A DNA stretch of 64,000 nucleotides from Octopus vulgaris (GCA_951406725.2 OX597823.1:97898001-97962000), one strand, 5' to 3'. Positions 41,923 through 57,143 are shown, counted from the first letter of the stretch. Notes: generated from the sequence alone by a model not told the origin. A program made the numbers and translations.

Positions 41923-43079
41923 GCATATACATGCACGCATGCACACACACACACACACCCTACAAATGATCATGATATCCGGGACTGTAAAAATCTGCAA
42001 GACTTTCTTAAGGTTATGGTTTAAAAGCTGATGAGCAAAACAAGGTGCTTTCCTTCACTACTTTGCTGCCAAGCAGGTGACTTAGTCAAAATTTATTCCA
42101 AATTAAAAAGAGAAAGAGAACACATACATACAACAGGCTTCACTCAGCCCAGAGCTATGGTAGAAGACAGCTGCCCAAAGTGTCATATAGTGGAACTGAA
42201 CCCCAAACCACTTGGTTGTGAAGCAAACTTCTTACCACATAGCCATATATGTGCCATATATCTGTATGTATGAGAGTTTAAGAAAGCCATTACAATGCAA
42301 GAATTTTGAAGTGAGGTTTAGGAATTGTAACTTTGTAAGTGAAAGGGATCCAGTCAGGCCAGTGGCCTAACTTTTGAGTAACAGCAACAGGCTGTGTGTT
42401 TGTGATGTTAGTTGCAGATTTGGTGTAATATGGTACTTGTTATCATTGTTGTTAAAATCATTGTAGTAATCTAAATGCAACAAAATTTGTTTGCGAAATG
42501 CTTCTTATCATGTACGAATTGATTGTGATAGCACGAGTTAATCACATGAGATGAGTGTGATAGTGAAGTGCTAGAAAAGAGGTCAACTTAAATTTTAATT
42601 CTATACGTCAACTGTAGTAGCTTTCTTAAACACTATTATTTTACAACATTTCATGTTCATCTATCATCATCATTGCCATCATTATGTCCACTTTTCCATG
42701 GAGTGTGCAGATGTAGTGATTTGCAATCAGATGCTGTTCCCGAGTGTTCTGCCCCACTCTAGCATAGCTAGAGTGGAGCAGAGGAGGTGGTCAGTCCCAG
42801 GTGGCACTTTTATGGGGAGGCACCACTTTTAGGTCTGCTGTGGGCTATATGTATCCCTTGTGGGGGCCCAGGGAAAGCAACTTGATGGGCTGCCCCGAAT
42901 GGCACTCACTCTGGCTACACTTGTGCACGCCAACTCTTTTAGTCACATCATCTGATGTATCATAAAATTCACTGTGTGCGTGTTTCCTCGGTGCATGGCC
43001 AAACTGCTGGATCAATCTGTACCAAATTTGGCATGAAGGTTTTTCATTACTCAGGGAAGGTTCTAGTACATTATATAGT

Positions 43080-43419
43080 GAGACCCCCTTCGGTCACGAC
43101 ACAGACCATAGGATTGCACCTAGAAAGTTACCCTCCCAGGTACAAATCCGGACAAGGTTGTTTATGGAAGACCAGCAGTCACCCATGCATACCGGCCTCC
43201 CTTCTCCACACCACCAGTGTTATCCAAGGGAAAAGCAAAGGGGCCGATATAGCTTGGCACCTGTGACGTCGCAACTCATTTCTACTGCTGAGTGAACTGG
43301 AGCAACGTGAAATAAAGTGTCTTGCTCAAGAACACAACACACAGCCCAGTCTGGGATTCGAGCTCACAACCTCACAATTGTAAGCTCGACACTCTAACCA
43401 CTGAGCCATGCGCCTTCAC
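43080..43419 (-). mobile_element. tRNA-derived SINE (related copy at about 6640-6910)
   Basis: Reverse tRNA head gggattcgagctcacaacc..ctctaaccactgagccatgcgcc, with body gtgtcttgctcaagaacacaac. Confidence 0.7.
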
Positions 43420-45711
43420 AAGTACATTCTATAATACAATATAAATACACAAAGTATGAAGCTATATCTATATAGATAGCTAGATACATACTTACATTGT
43501 ACATAACATTAGTTTCAGTCTCTGTACATAACACTTTAAATAAGTGTCATTTACTCCTCTAGCCTCAGGCTTACTAGTACCTCGTGAGTAAACTTGGTTG
43601 ACGGAATTTGAGAACCAGCTTACTGTGTGCATGCGTAACATAAAAATGATGATAATAATATACAATGTGTATGTGTGTATCATTTCTGTAGATACTTTCC
43701 AGCACTTAAAGTAGTTTATATTTCTGGATAGGTCTCTACTTTAAAATGAATTCTATGTCTGTTTGAGTTCTTTGACTCTCAGCATTCATTACTAAATATA
43801 ATGTTTAGTTTCTGTTTCCATTTTAAAATAAAATAACTTTTTTGTTACTATTTAATCACATTGCTATGTGTTTAATTATCCAAAATAAATTTCAGTGTAT
43901 ATTGAAATAAAAATGGAAGTAAATTTTATCTAAATCCTCTTTTCCAGGATATCACCCCATGTTTCAAATTTATTCATCATTAAATATAGTTTGAGTACAC
44001 AGATATTGCAAATCATATTTAAACTCCCTGTTTAAGAATAACATGTGTTCACTAGCCCCAAAAGTTGAGAATTTCCAGTGCTAATCAGCCCCTGCCACAT
44101 GGTTAGATATAATGTGATAATTTACCAATGTCAGCAGCAACTAGACTAACATCTCACCACTGGAAGAGGTTGTTTCTTATCCCTTTAACACCATAGAAAC
44201 CAATCGGAACTTAGGTTTCAGTTTATAGTTACCTACATAGGAGGAGAAACATAGTTAAGGCAGTTAGTCTCTGCATTGTTTTTATGGTGTTAAATATCTA
44301 CTATAATAATACTCTTGTGTATTTCTCTGTCACAACATATGAATGAGAATGGAAGGGGTGATGGATGAATAAGGAAGGAAGGGGTGATGGCAAACTTGGT
44401 AGTGGGATGATGGAAGTTCTACGGTGAAAACAAATCAAACAATGTTTCGACTCTGCATGAGTATATGTATGTGTATGTAAAAGGGTATCATGTGGATGTG
44501 TGTGTGTGCAATGGAAGTGGGATGGTGAACATTCAACACTGAAAAGAAAATCAAACAGCGTTTCAACTCTGTGTGAGTAAATGTCTGTGCATGTACAAGG
44601 GAAGTATGTGAATATTTGTGTCTGTGATTGTTATGTACCTTATGTTGTGCCTTTTTTATATATAAAATACTACAATTAGCCGTCAATTTTGACAGCACAG
44701 AGCCAGTTAGTTAAATATATTAGACACAGACATGGTTATATGGTTAAAAAGTTCTCTGCAGGACCACATGATAGAGGTTCATTTCCACTGCCTGGATGCT
44801 GTCGGTTGGTGTCCTCTGTAATAGCTGCAGGCTGACCAATTTCTTGTGTGTGAAATTTGAGAGGCAGAAACTGGAAGAAGCTTGCCATATGTGTACTCTC
44901 GTTTCCTTGACCTGTGCATACTGATTGTAAACAAATGCATCACTGTTCATACAAATGGTATTACTTGTTTACAGGCCTCTGTGAAAGCAGGTCTCTGCTG
45001 ATTGTTGTTTGATAGACTGAGGAAATTGTTACTTTGTTTGGGAATAGGGAAGTGCATCTAGCTGTAGAAAATTTTGCTCCAGCAAAGTCTTGTCTGAACC
45101 CTGCAAGCATGGAAAAGTAGATGCACAAATGATGTTGATGATGACTAGCAGTGACAACAATGGATTTCTTTTGCTGAGATTAACAAGAGTAGGAAAATAA
45201 AAAGCTTGTAAGTTTTCACAAGGTCATTAGTGACCAAAGGCAAGTGGGATACTTTAACAACGATTTTCACAAAGAATTTAAACTGACCAGTTTACTGGAA
45301 TCTTGTCTTATATTCCTCTTTACCTTCGCCATCAGATTGGTGATAACTTTTGGCTAAACACAAGTCCAAATCTTGTAGTGGAGATGAGATGAAGTTGATT
45401 GAATTAACCCTTTTATATTAGTCATTTTACTTAATTAACCTTAATAATAAAAAAAAAAGACAACCTCAGCAGGATTTGAACTCAGAACAATGAGATACTG
45501 CATTGGTTAAAGTTCCCAGCATAGTATTCAACTGTGTCAGTTAACTGTCTGAAATTTGTTAATTAGTATGAATTAATGTGAAAAAAATAATCGTTCATCC
45601 AGATTTATTTTAGTTTATATTTTTTATGTTACCTTTCCAATTGACATTCTAATTTTAATGACAGGATTTATAATGACAAACATTACAACTTTCTTACTTG
45701 AAATAATGGAT

Positions 45712-46189
45712 GCCAGGAGCGTAACCAGCCCGCTTATGCATACCTTTTCCTTCTTTGGACGCTAAACTCTGCTTGTGAAGACCTGTTGAGGCAAGTGAAA
45801 TCAAAATCAAAGTGAAATTTGATGACAGGCACGAGCACCATACGAGCATGATCGTTGACAGAGCGGCTAACCAGCTTCCATGCCAGTGGCACATAAAAGG
45901 CACCATTCGCCTTACTGGCACTTGTGCCCCATGCTAGTAGGGTGCTAAGAGCACCATCTGAGCGTGATAGTTGCCAGAGCGACTAACTGGCTTCTGTGCC
46001 AGTGGCATGTAAAAAGCACCCACTACACTCTCGGAGTGGTTGGTGTTAGGAAGGGCATCCAGCTGTAGAAACTCTGCCAGATTAAGATTGGAGCCTGGTG
46101 CAGCCATTTGGTTCGCCAGCCCTCAGTCAAACCGTCCAACCCATGCTAGCATGGAAAGTGGACAATAAATGATGATGATGATGATGATG
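45712..46189 (+). mobile_element. RTE 3' UTR copy
   Basis: gcttgtgaagacctgttgaggcaagtgaaatcaaaatc..UTR units..(GAT)n. Confidence 0.85.
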
Positions 46190-46867
46190 AATGGATGTAA
46201 AAGTATTTTCCTTGTGTTGTGCTTGTCAATAAAGTACATCCTTTTTGTCAGTTTTTACTTGATTTAACAAGTTTTTACTCCTGCTTCACTTTTGAGTATT
46301 AATAAGTTAGATACCTAGCTCTATTAAAAGAAAAATTGTTCCAGCAGGATTCATTATAGGTATTTGATACTAATAAATAAGGTTGCTTAAATTTTTCAGT
46401 GTCTACATCAAACCGGAATTGAGCAATTTTTCACTTCAATCAGTGATTTCTTTTCAAAGAACACCTGGAATAAAATAATTAGGTCAAACAACAGGCTGTT
46501 GGGTTCCAAGATGAAAGGATCAAAATGAGTAGAAATTATCCAAATCATTGAAGTGTGTAATGATTATTAAAATAATGATACTGATTTAGATAATGTATCC
46601 AAGCATGTGGAACATTTTTTTTAGATCTTATAGACCACTGAGATTAAAGGTAGACATGGAAGGATTAAAATTGTTTCAAGTAAGGTGCAATTGAAAAAAA
46701 AAAACATGTTAGTGACTTGAAGGATTTCTACAGGGTAAATATAATAAAATGAAAACCCATATGTAATATTTCAAAAAGGCTTTTGAGTGAGGCAGATTAT
46801 GGATAGTGGAATGCAAAGTGTGGACCTAAGTAGAGGTGGCATATAGCTTATTGAAAATAGAAATAAC

Positions 46868-47088
46868 CGTGGCCACTATCAGCCTCCCCTGGCACCTGTG
46901 CCGGTGGCACGTAAAAAGCACCGACTACACTCATGGAGTGGTTGGCGTTAGGAAGGACATCCAGTTGTAGAAACAGTGCCAGATCAGACTGGAGCCTGGT
47001 GGAGCCTCCTGGCTTCCCAGACCCTGGTTGAACTGTCCAACCCATGCTAGCATGGAAAACGGACGTTAAACGATGATGATGATGATGA
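46868..47088 (+). mobile_element. RTE 3' UTR-only copy
   Basis: Same consensus with (GAT)n tail. Confidence 0.85.
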
Positions 47089-47450
47089 TAGTGGTAGAAA
47101 AGACAGGAAAAGTAGGGTGTAGTCCCACCTGAGGGTCCATGGTCTGATTTCAAAATCTTTCTGTCAAGCAAATATCATTATTCTGATTACTATGAAAAGT
47201 GTTGTAAAACGGGACATGTTCCTAGTTTTAAAAGTTTTGTAAGAAGCTTCATGCTTATTTTGTGAAATGGTTAATAATTTTGGTTAATCTAGCAATTCCT
47301 ATTTTTAACTTTTCACAAAAGGAAAATAACAATGGAGATAAATTATTGATCATCTCAGTTATTTCCCAACTGATCAATATAGCTGAGCTGGGTTGTACTT
47401 TATTGACCTTTAAGAAAACATTTTTAGCAGTTGCTCATGCACATGAATGG

Positions 47451-47608
47451 CAGTAGCATAGCTGAATGGTAATGTCCACCCCCAGGCAGTGTTCTTATGG
47501 TAGCAGCACTTTCAGGTCTGCAGTATAATTTTGTTTACGCTTAGAGACCCAGTGGGGGTTCACACTCAGGAGCTGCTTCGGGTAGTAGATACACTAGCTT
47601 CACCACTG
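47451..47608. mobile_element. Possible old MITE (related sequence at about 42757-42925)
   Basis: Imperfect TIRs CAGTAGCATAGCT / AGCTTCACCACTG around a GC-richer core. Confidence 0.35.
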
Positions 47609-48510
47609 ATGGATTCATGACCAGCAGACCAAAGATGATGTAATATTGAAATATTGGTCATCTGTAAAGTAATGAAGGTGATTACATAACTCACGTTTTT
47701 ATTTGTTCGTTAATTGATGTATGTATGGATGTATTTTTCTTTCTTTATTCATTTGTCCCTTCATTCCTTCCAAATAATCTTGGTTAGGAAACAATGAAAC
47801 CACATTTCGGAAAAGAACTCTCGGCTTACTAGAATTTGTATTTTTTAAGATATTCATTCAAGTGTTGACATAGTCTGTTTGGATCTTAGCAAGTCATCAT
47901 CTGGTGCTGTAACCTCACTATCAGGGTTCTTACATAACATCCAAATAAGCCAAAAAAAAAAACTAAAAACAAACATTAATGAAAATACTGATTGAAAAAT
48001 GTTTGTTCAACTGTGAATTAACCTTTTCTATATTTTCTCCTTTCTTTACATAGTCCCTACATGTCAAAGGTCAAAACCTTCTCTTAATTTCATAACAAAT
48101 TAATGAAATATAGTAATACTGTCAATCTGAGCTTAACTATTTATTCCTTGTTGGCTGCTCGCAACAGCAATGAATGTTCATTCACTGTTTTCCTATATTT
48201 TGTTGGTGATACATATTGTCTTAGCATGTGGGTGGCTGTGAGTACATGCTACTGACAATACCCAATGACACAGAAATGCACATCTGACATTTTCACCAGC
48301 CACTACTGGGACAGTTTTCTTCTACCTTCAATATGTATTGTATTTTTAAACAGAACAAGAGATATTATCTGCAAACAAATACTGCAGTAAATTTACTTTA
48401 TATGATATGTTTATATTAAGTATGATACATAAATGGCTGTTTTAATCTAATACAGTTTCTGTTGCATGTAATGGATTATAAACTAGCTTTTTTTTCAATT
48501 TTTATTTCAG

Positions 48511-48645
48511 ATTAGTACCAAAGATTATCAATGGTGCCATTGCTGGTATTGTTGGGGTCACATGTGTTTTCCCCATTGATCTGGTCAAAACTCGATTGCA
48601 GAACCAACAGCCTGGTCCAAATGGTCAACTTTATTACAAGAGTTT
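48511..48645 (+). CDS. SLC25A22: Coding exon of mitochondrial glutamate carrier (SLC25A22/GC1-like), repeat 1 helix 1 and carrier signature
   Basis: Acceptor tttatttcag| and donor |gtaagt. Translates [44 protein letters not shown], with the Px[DE]xx[KR]xR carrier signature (PIDLVKTR). Closely resembles the human GC1 N-terminus ([33 protein letters not shown]). 135 nt, phase 2 at both ends. Confidence 0.95.
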
Positions 48646-49179
48646 GTAAGTTTAGCTTTATTTTATAATGGTATATTTTACTTTGGTGATGTGTGTTGGC
48701 TATAAAAGATTGATTAATAACTATAGAAACAAAACAGTAGTTAGCATTATTCTTCTCCCTTTTTCTAGAATTCCATACACATATTAGATACTTTATAGGG
48801 CTACTAAATATACCCAGTACTTTGCTGGTATTATATTTTATACACCCCACAAGGAATGAAAGTCATGAAAAACAAAACTTTTTTCTCAGACGGATTTGAA
48901 CTCAGAATATAAATACCTATAACTACGTATTTTAACTTAGCGGTGCATTATTTGGCGTCTGGGACCAGCTACGTTAGAAGGAATTGCATGGGAACAGAAA
49001 CAGAAGGGAGCACGTGAGTGAAGTGTTTTTATAGATATGCTACAACCGGAAGCAAGGTTTAATTTGCAGAGATGGTACAAGGGGATTTCAGAACAATGAG
49101 GGAAGGAGAGGTTTAGCTTAGCAAAATTCCATGAAGAATTTAGGAGAAACGAAGGCTAAGAGAAAGAGAGATTAGGAAG

Positions 49180-50915
49180 AATGATTAATAAGGGCTGTAT
49201 AGACCCTGTACAGAGATGCTGTTAGTAAGGTTAGGGTTGGCAATGAGTACAGTGAAGAATACTGGGGAGAAGTAGTGGTCCACCAAGGATCAGCCCTCAG
49301 CCCCCTCTTATTCATCGTAGACCTCCAGGCAATAACAGAGGAATGCAAGACAAGTTGCCCCTGGGAGCTGTTCTATGCTGATGACCTGGCTCTCATAGCA
49401 GAATCACTACCAGAACTAGAGAAGAAATTTCGGGTGTGGAAGCAAGGTTTAGAATCAAAGGGCCTAAAAGTCAATTTCAAAAACCAAAGTCCTAGTAAGT
49501 AGGAAGGTGAACACATCACAAACCCCTTCAAGTGGGTGGCCCTGCTCAATCTGTAGAAAAGGTGTAGGTAGAAACTCCATAAGATGTACCCAGTGTAAGC
49601 TATGGATGCATAAGAAGTGCAGCAACATCAAAGGAAGATTAACCAAGAAGATAGCTTTCATTTGTGGCAGATGCACAGGGGCTGTAAACACCGCAGATGC
49701 TCAGAAAACAGATCCCATCACATGCCAGAAACTAGAAGTAGTTGATAGCTTCCTTATTTACAGTTTGCCATCACAAGCCTCATTGTGATCTCAAACATGG
49801 CAAATGGATGCAGGGGGAAAAGCTAGAAGTAGTTAATGGCTTCCACTACCTAGGCAACAAAGTCTGTAGTGGGGGTGGGTGCTCTGAGAGTGTAGATGAT
49901 AGAATAAGGATAGCCTGGGCATAGTTCAGGGAACTCTGCTGGCAACTAAGGGCCTCTCGCTCAGGATAAAAGGTAGACTGTATGATGCATGTGTGCGAAC
50001 TGCCATACTACATAGCAGTGAAACATGGGCCATGACTGCTGATGACATGCGTAGGCTTGAAAGAAAGGAAGGTAGTATGATCCACTGGATGTGTAATGTC
50101 AGTGTGCAGACACGACAGAGTGTAAGCACCCTGAAAGAAAAGTTGGGCATAAGAAGCATCAAATGTGGTGTGAAAGAGAGATGACTGTGCTGGTATGGTT
50201 ATGTGATACATATGGATGAGGACAGCAGTATGAGGTAGACCCAGGAAGACATTGGATGAGGTGAGGTAGTGAAGCATGACCTTTGAGCATTGGGCCTCAC
50301 AGAGGTAATGACATAAGACCAAGACCTTTGGTCTTATGCTGTGATTGAGAAGACCCAGCAACTAAAGTGAGATTGCGACCATGGCCGATGCCAGTGTTGC
50401 CTGTTCGGCCCATTTAAGAATACCCCTGATGTGTTGGGTGATATGATATGCTTGAGAAGACCTGTTGAGTCAAGTAAAACCATAACCAAAATCATAGCTG
50501 TAGCCAGTGCTCCTTGACTGGCTCCCATTCCAGTGGCATGTAAGATGCATCATCTGAATGTGGTCAATGCCAGTGTCCCCTGACTGGCTCCCGTGCCAGT
50601 GGCACGTAAAAAGTACCATCTAAACGTGGCCGATACCAGTACCCTATGCCGGTGGCACATAAAAAGCACCATCCAAATGTGATCAATGTCAGACCTGCCT
50701 GACTGGCTCCTGTGCCAGTGGCATGTAAAAAGCATCCATTACACTCTTGGAGTGGTTGATGATAATAAAGGGCATCCAACTGTAGAAACATTGCCAGATC
50801 AGATTGGAGCCTGGTGTGACTTCCTGGCTTGCCAGACCTCAGTAAAACCGTCCAATCCATGCCAGCAAGGAAAACGGATGTTAAACGATGTTGTTGATGA
50901 TGATGATGATGATGA
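49180..50915 (+). mobile_element. Degenerate 5'-truncated RTE LINE in the glutamate-carrier intron
   Basis: VHQGSALSPLLF, FYADD and PCSICRKGVGRNSIRC, with a local duplication near 49730-49850. UTR repeat units and (GAT)n tail. Confidence 0.9.
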
Positions 50916-51124
50916 TACAATTCCACTTGCAAAGTATTTATTGACTTTAGGCTATAGTAGAAGACACCTGCCCAGATATAGGCACATAGGCATGGTGGTC
51001 CTGGGATATACAGATACAGTACACAGTTTATGAATTAAAATGAAATGGAATGAAAAAGAAAATTTAATACACATATATGGACATGTATTTATGAACATAT
51101 ACACACACACGTGTGTGTGTATCT

Positions 51125-52874
51125 CTGACTCTTCCATTGAATTTCTCGACATTTTTGTCAGCATACTCACTCCACTCTCACCACCTCCATCCACTATAAA
51201 CACACAGACTCACACTTATCTTCTCCTCCTCCCACCCTACCCACACCAAGCTCTCCATCTCCTACTCCCAGTTCCTCCATCTATGCCAGTGACACCCCAG
51301 TCTTGCGCCACTTCCACTCTACTGGTCATTTGCTACAGCATCTGTCTGTGTTTGGACTGTCTCTGCACAGGGGCCACCCCGACTCTTGCCTTCACTGTGA
51401 ACAAGAATTAATCTTCTTCTTTTGTGCCTTATGGGCTCAACTTGCTACCCCTCTTCATTTGACCCCAACCCCACACAGGTTCCTACACACCTGCACACCA
51501 CCTACCTCGGTACCCTCACCATGCACACACCACTATACAAACACCCATACACCCTGTTCAACTCATTACTCACTTCACACACCCACAAACACCTTCCCAC
51601 TCCACACACACACTTGCACCCAACACCTCTCAGCACCCACACACACTCTTTAATAGCATCACCACACATACCACTATACGAGCACCCCTACACACTGTTC
51701 AATTCAGTATACACCACACCCAGACACCCACATGCATCCCCACTCCATACACACTAGCACCCACTATCTGCCAACCCCAACCTCCCCTCACATCACATCC
51801 TTTCACCCCTATTCTACCTCCCCTCACCTCTATCTTCCTCCCCTCCCCTATCCCACCTACTAACCCCTATCTCTTGCCACCCCCATCCCATCTCACACCT
51901 CTATACATTCCCCCATAACATAGCATTCACTCCAATAAGTACATAATGCTTGAACACAGACAATACACACACGCAACATGCATAAACAGACAACTTTCAC
52001 CCACAAACATACACGATACACATACACACTATATGGCCACAGACACACACCACCTAAATATGCACACATCAACTATACATACACACAAATACACATCACT
52101 CCACTCAACATATACACTATGTTACTTGTACACATACACACACACATCCAGGCTAATGCGTTTGCACATACACAATAACTGCACGCATATCTTCACATAT
52201 CCATATGCACACATACATAAAAGTATACGAAACCTATATCACTCGACATAACGTATGCACTAGGTCACTTACACACACGCAGGCCCACATAATTTTCAGC
52301 TTGCCCACACCTACATACTCATGCACTCACCCCTATTCATACGTACACACTCACACCATTCTCATATACACACATGCTTGAGCAAATTTGTTTGGCTGGG
52401 TCACTATTATTATTTCCTTTTCATTTTGCCTCTTCCTTCCTGCCAGTTCTTTATGTTGAACCATTAATCCCTACACATTTTTTATCACTCTCCATTTTTT
52501 TCATTCTCTCTCCTTTTTTTCCTCTTAATCCTTTCTGTCGAAGAGCATAGGCTCAAAATGTAAAAAACTTTTCCATTCTTCCTGAGCGTTAAACTAATAC
52601 ACCTGCTTGTTGTCCCTACAACTGCCTTTGTCTTTTGTTTTCTGTATCTCCTTTTTTCTCTCCTTGTTTTTTTCTCTCCATTTTTCTCTCTTTTTTCTCC
52701 CCTTTTTTCTCTCTTTTTTTCTCTCCTTTTTTCTCTCTTTTTTTTCTCTCCTTGTTTCTTTCTGTGTCCCTTTCTGTAGAAGAGCGTAGACTCTCTATTC
52801 CTGAGTGTTATACTAATACATCTGTTTGTTTTGTACACCACCTGTCTTCATCTTTTGTTTTTTTCGTAAACTCT

Positions 52875-52878
<4 letters not shown>
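51125..52878 (+). mobile_element. Degenerate, internally deleted PLE related to 27585-28772, with tandem pseudo-LTR units
   Basis: Remnants SIEFLDIFVS (RT thumb) and [33 protein letters not shown]. Decayed hammerhead motifs near 52531 (ctttctgtcgaagagcataggctcaaaatgtaaa) and 52770. Confidence 0.8.
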
Positions 52879-52909
<31 letters not shown>

Positions 52910-53093
52910 CATATACATTTGCGGATAAACATATTACATAATGCTGTGAGGATAAGAAGATCACTTTGCAGTCACATGGTTTGAGGTTCATTCCCATTGC
53001 TTGGCTCTGTGGTCTGGTATCTTTTTCTATCACTTTGAGCTAAACATTTGCCTTGAGTAGATCTGCTAGATGAGAACTGTATGAAGCCCTTCA

Positions 53094-53124
<31 letters not shown>

Positions 53125-53790
53125 GGATGTATGTGTTTGTGTTTTGCCATTGTTTGCACACTGTGGGCAAAACAGTACTGCAGTCTATGCAATGATGTCT
53201 TTGTATACCATTGGCCATCAAAACATGCCCAGCCATTGAGCTTTTTAAGGCCCTAGAGCAAATAGTGGCTTACTTGAGAACAAGTGAGGGTTAGCAACAA
53301 GAAGAATAACCAACAGAATAAAAACAGCCTCAATAAGCCTCATTTGACCCATGCCAGCATGGAAAAGTGAAGAATAAGATGGTGGTAGTGGCAATGAGAT
53401 GGCAGTGGTAGTCATGGTACAGACTTGTTACTGTAATTTTATTCTTTTTTGTCAATAATTCAAGATAAACTTGGAATAGGTGGTGTGACTTTTCTGTTGA
53501 AGTTATACATTATCAAAGCATTGATAAGTGACAAAATAACAGACTGTTTCTAACATACTTTTCATAAAGTACTTTAAAAATATGTCCCCTTTATTGCCCC
53601 AGCTTTTCTTTACGTGACAACCAAGCAAATCAACAAACTGACTGCAATCTCAAAAGTAGATTAATCATGACCTTTGAAGTAAGTGTGTGAGTGAGTGTGC
53701 ATATGTATATATATATAGACATACTGTAGCCAAATCGTTAAGAAGTTTGCTTTGCAGTCATATAGTCCTGGGTTCAATCCCACTGTGTAA

Positions 53791-54261
53791 CATCATCATC
53801 ATCGTTTAATGTCCGCTTTCCATGCTAGCATGGGTTGGACGGTTCAACTGGGGTCTGGGAAGCCCGAAGGCTGCACCAGGCCAGTCAGATATGGCAGTGT
53901 TTCTACAGCTGGATGCCCCTCCTAACGCCAACCACTCCAAGAGTGTAGTGGGTGATTTTATGTGCCACCGACACAGGTGCCAGACGAGGCTGGCGAACGG
54001 CCACGCTCGGATGGTGTTTTTTACGTGCCACCGGCATGGAGGCCAGTCAATGCGGTACTGGCTACGGCCACGTCTGGATGGTTTTTGTATGTGCCACCGG
54101 CACTGGTACCACGAAACTACAAATTCCATTAATGTTCATCGAGTTTGCTTTTGATTTTGTCCATTTTCACTTGCCTCAACAGGTCTTCACAAGTAGAGTT
54201 ATGTGTCCCAAGAAGGAAGGTATGCATAGGTGGACTGACTACATCCCAGGTAGGGGCCATG
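53791..54261 (-). mobile_element. RTE full 3' UTR copy inserted into a tRNA-derived SINE (head at about 53725-53790, continuing after 54262)
   Basis: Reverse complement of about 40945-41600. The flanks read cctgggttcaatcccactgtg | ..catcttagataaatgtctt, which is contiguous SINE consensus. Confidence 0.85.
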
Positions 54262-54639
54262 GTAACATCTTAGATAAATGTCTTTTACCATTACTTTGTG
54301 TCCAGCCAAGCTTGTGAGTGAAATTTGATAGAAGGAAACTAGAATCCTGTCCAATGGATTGTATTTATAACTCAAAAGTCCAAGAGGAAATTGCTCATCA
54401 AAACCAACCAATACATATATATACACATGAGTGGACAAATGAAAGAAGGGCACTCAAGAAATTTATTGGGAGTTACATGTATAGATCAAAACAGTTTGGT
54501 TTAAATTCGTTGGTACTCTGAGTTTCAGGCATGATGCTAGTCTTCAGCCATATTGAATTTGAGGTTCAATATGGTTGAAGACCAGCATCACGCTTGAAAC
54601 TCGGAGTACCTATGAATTTGAATCAAACTGTTTTAATCC

Positions 54640-54798
54640 ATATGTATGTATGTATGTATGTATGTATATATATATATATATGTATGTATGTATGTATATA
54701 TATATGTATGTATATATATATATATATATGTATGTATATATATATATATATGTATGTATATATATATATATGTATGTATATATGTATATATATGTATG

Positions 54799-54831
<33 letters not shown>

Positions 54832-54869
54832 GTATTATATATATATGTATGTATATATATATATGTATG

Positions 54870-54900
<31 letters not shown>

Positions 54901-54997
54901 GTATGTATATATATATATGTATGTATATATATATATGTATGTATATATATATATGTATGTATATGTATGTATATATATATATGTATGTATGTATATG

Positions 54998-55072
<75 letters not shown>

Positions 55073-55806
55073 GTATGTATATATGTATGTATATATATAT
55101 ATGTATGTATATATATATATGTATGTATATATGTATGTATATATATATATGTATGTATATATATATATATGTATGTATATATATATATGTATGTATATAT
55201 ATATATGTATATATATATGTATGTATATATGTATGTATATGTATATATGTATGTATATATATATATGTATGTATATATATATATATGTATGTATATATAT
55301 ATATTATATATATATATATATGTATGTATATATATATATATGTATGTTTATATATATGTATGTATGAGTATATATATGTATGTATGTGTATATATATATA
55401 TATATGTATGTGTATATATATATGTATGTGTATATATATATGTATGTATGTATGTGTATATATATGTATGTATATATATATATATGTATGTATGTGTATA
55501 TATATATGTATGTGTATATATATATGTATGTATATATATATATGTATGTATGTGTATATATATATATGTATGTATGTATGTGTATATATATATATGTATG
55601 TATGTATGTGTGTATATATATATATATGTATGTATGTGTGTATATATATATATGTATGTATGTATGTGTGTATATATATATATGTATGTATGTGTGTATA
55701 TATATATATGTATGTATGTGTGTATATATATATATGTATGTATGTGTGTATATATATATATATGTATGTATGTATGTGTGTATATATATATATATGTATG
55801 TATGTG

Positions 55807-55837
<31 letters not shown>

Positions 55838-55917
55838 GTATGTGTGTATATATATATATGCATGTATATATATATGTATGTATGTATATATATATGTATG
55901 TATGTATGTGTGTATAT

Positions 55918-55951
<34 letters not shown>

Positions 55952-56059
55952 GTGTGTATATATATATATATGTATGTATGTATATATATGTATGTATGTG
56001 TGTATATATATATATGTATGTATATATGTATGTATATACATATATATATATATATATAT
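54640..56059. repeat. (TA)n/(TATG)n compound microsatellite in a glutamate-carrier intron
   Basis: Directly visible. Confidence 0.98.
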
Positions 56060-57087
56060 CTTTGACTTGTTTCAATTATTGGACTGTATCCATACCCTTT
56101 AAGGGTTTTTTTTAGTCAAGTAAATTGACCCCAGTACTTTTTTGGTACTTATTCTATTGGTCTCTTTTGCTGAACTAAGACATGGGGCATAAACAAACCC
56201 ACACTGGTTGTCAAACAATGATGGCAACATATGCATGATAGATTTCTACACAGTTTCCATCTATCAAATTCACTCTCAAGACTTTGGTCATCCCAGGACT
56301 ATAGAAGAAGACACTTTCCCAAGATGTCATATGGTAGGATTGAACCGAAAACTATGTGGTTGCAAAGTGAACTTCTTAACCACACAGCCATACCTGTGCT
56401 TTTATATGTATATGTGTGTGTCACTTTGGAAGCTCTCTTTTTTTTAGAGTAGTCCTCCATTATGGGGGGGGGGTACTGAGTTTGTTGATCAGCTGTTACG
56501 TTGAGTGATTTTGATATTATCAAAATTGATATACATTTTCTAAGATATTTTTCTGAAGTACACAGCACTCTGGAAATGTGTTCCTTTTTATTTGCTCCAG
56601 TTTTCCACGAGGTCAACAAGCTAGTGTTATGTCAACTGTTGTTTATAATCATGAGCTTAAAAGTGTGTGTGTGTGTGCATAAATTTCAAGTTAATTCATT
56701 TCATATGTCAGTTTAATAAGTTATTTAACTAAATTCTCCATTATTTTCAAAATCAATTTAAATGATGGCATTGTATTTCATGAGAAATATGACCCATGAA
56801 AAGCACAACCATCTGGCCCCTGCATGTTTTTAGAAAGATCCATTCAGTTACAAATATACACATCATGTCTCTGGCCTAAGGATAATTTCCTCCCACCAAC
56901 CTCAGTGAACACAGGGAATGTCATATGTACTGCCATTCCTCCTCTCTTCTTGTAATATTTTAGTTGATTAATCAATTACTTTAACCAATTCCATTGTATC
57001 TTACTTCCAGCAGACTGAACAGACATATCTACTTTTATTAACTTTGACTTTGAAGAAATCCTAATTTGTTTACTTCTCTCTTATCAG

Positions 57088-57143
57088 ATTTGACTGCGGC
57101 GTGAAAACATTTCGTAATGAAGGCTTCTTTGGAATGTATCGAG
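57088..57143 (+). CDS. SLC25A22: Coding exon of mitochondrial glutamate carrier
   Basis: Acceptor ctctcttatcag| and donor |gtaagc. 56 nt. Joins the previous exon in frame (TT+A=Leu) to give LFDCGVKTFRNEGFFGMYRG, the second half of the carrier motif. Confidence 0.95.

Noticed and set aside
44128-44168. Alternative first coding exon ATG TCA GCA...TGG AAG AG|GTTGTT (MSAATRLTSHHWKR), phase-compatible with exon 48511
   Set aside because: Weak donor (GTTGTT) and no resemblance to GC1 N-termini. It cannot be fully excluded without RNA data.
48512-48850. Minus-strand 112-aa ORF over the carrier exon (and + strand ORF 62602-62817)
   Set aside because: These are shadow frames of real spliced exons with no independent homology.
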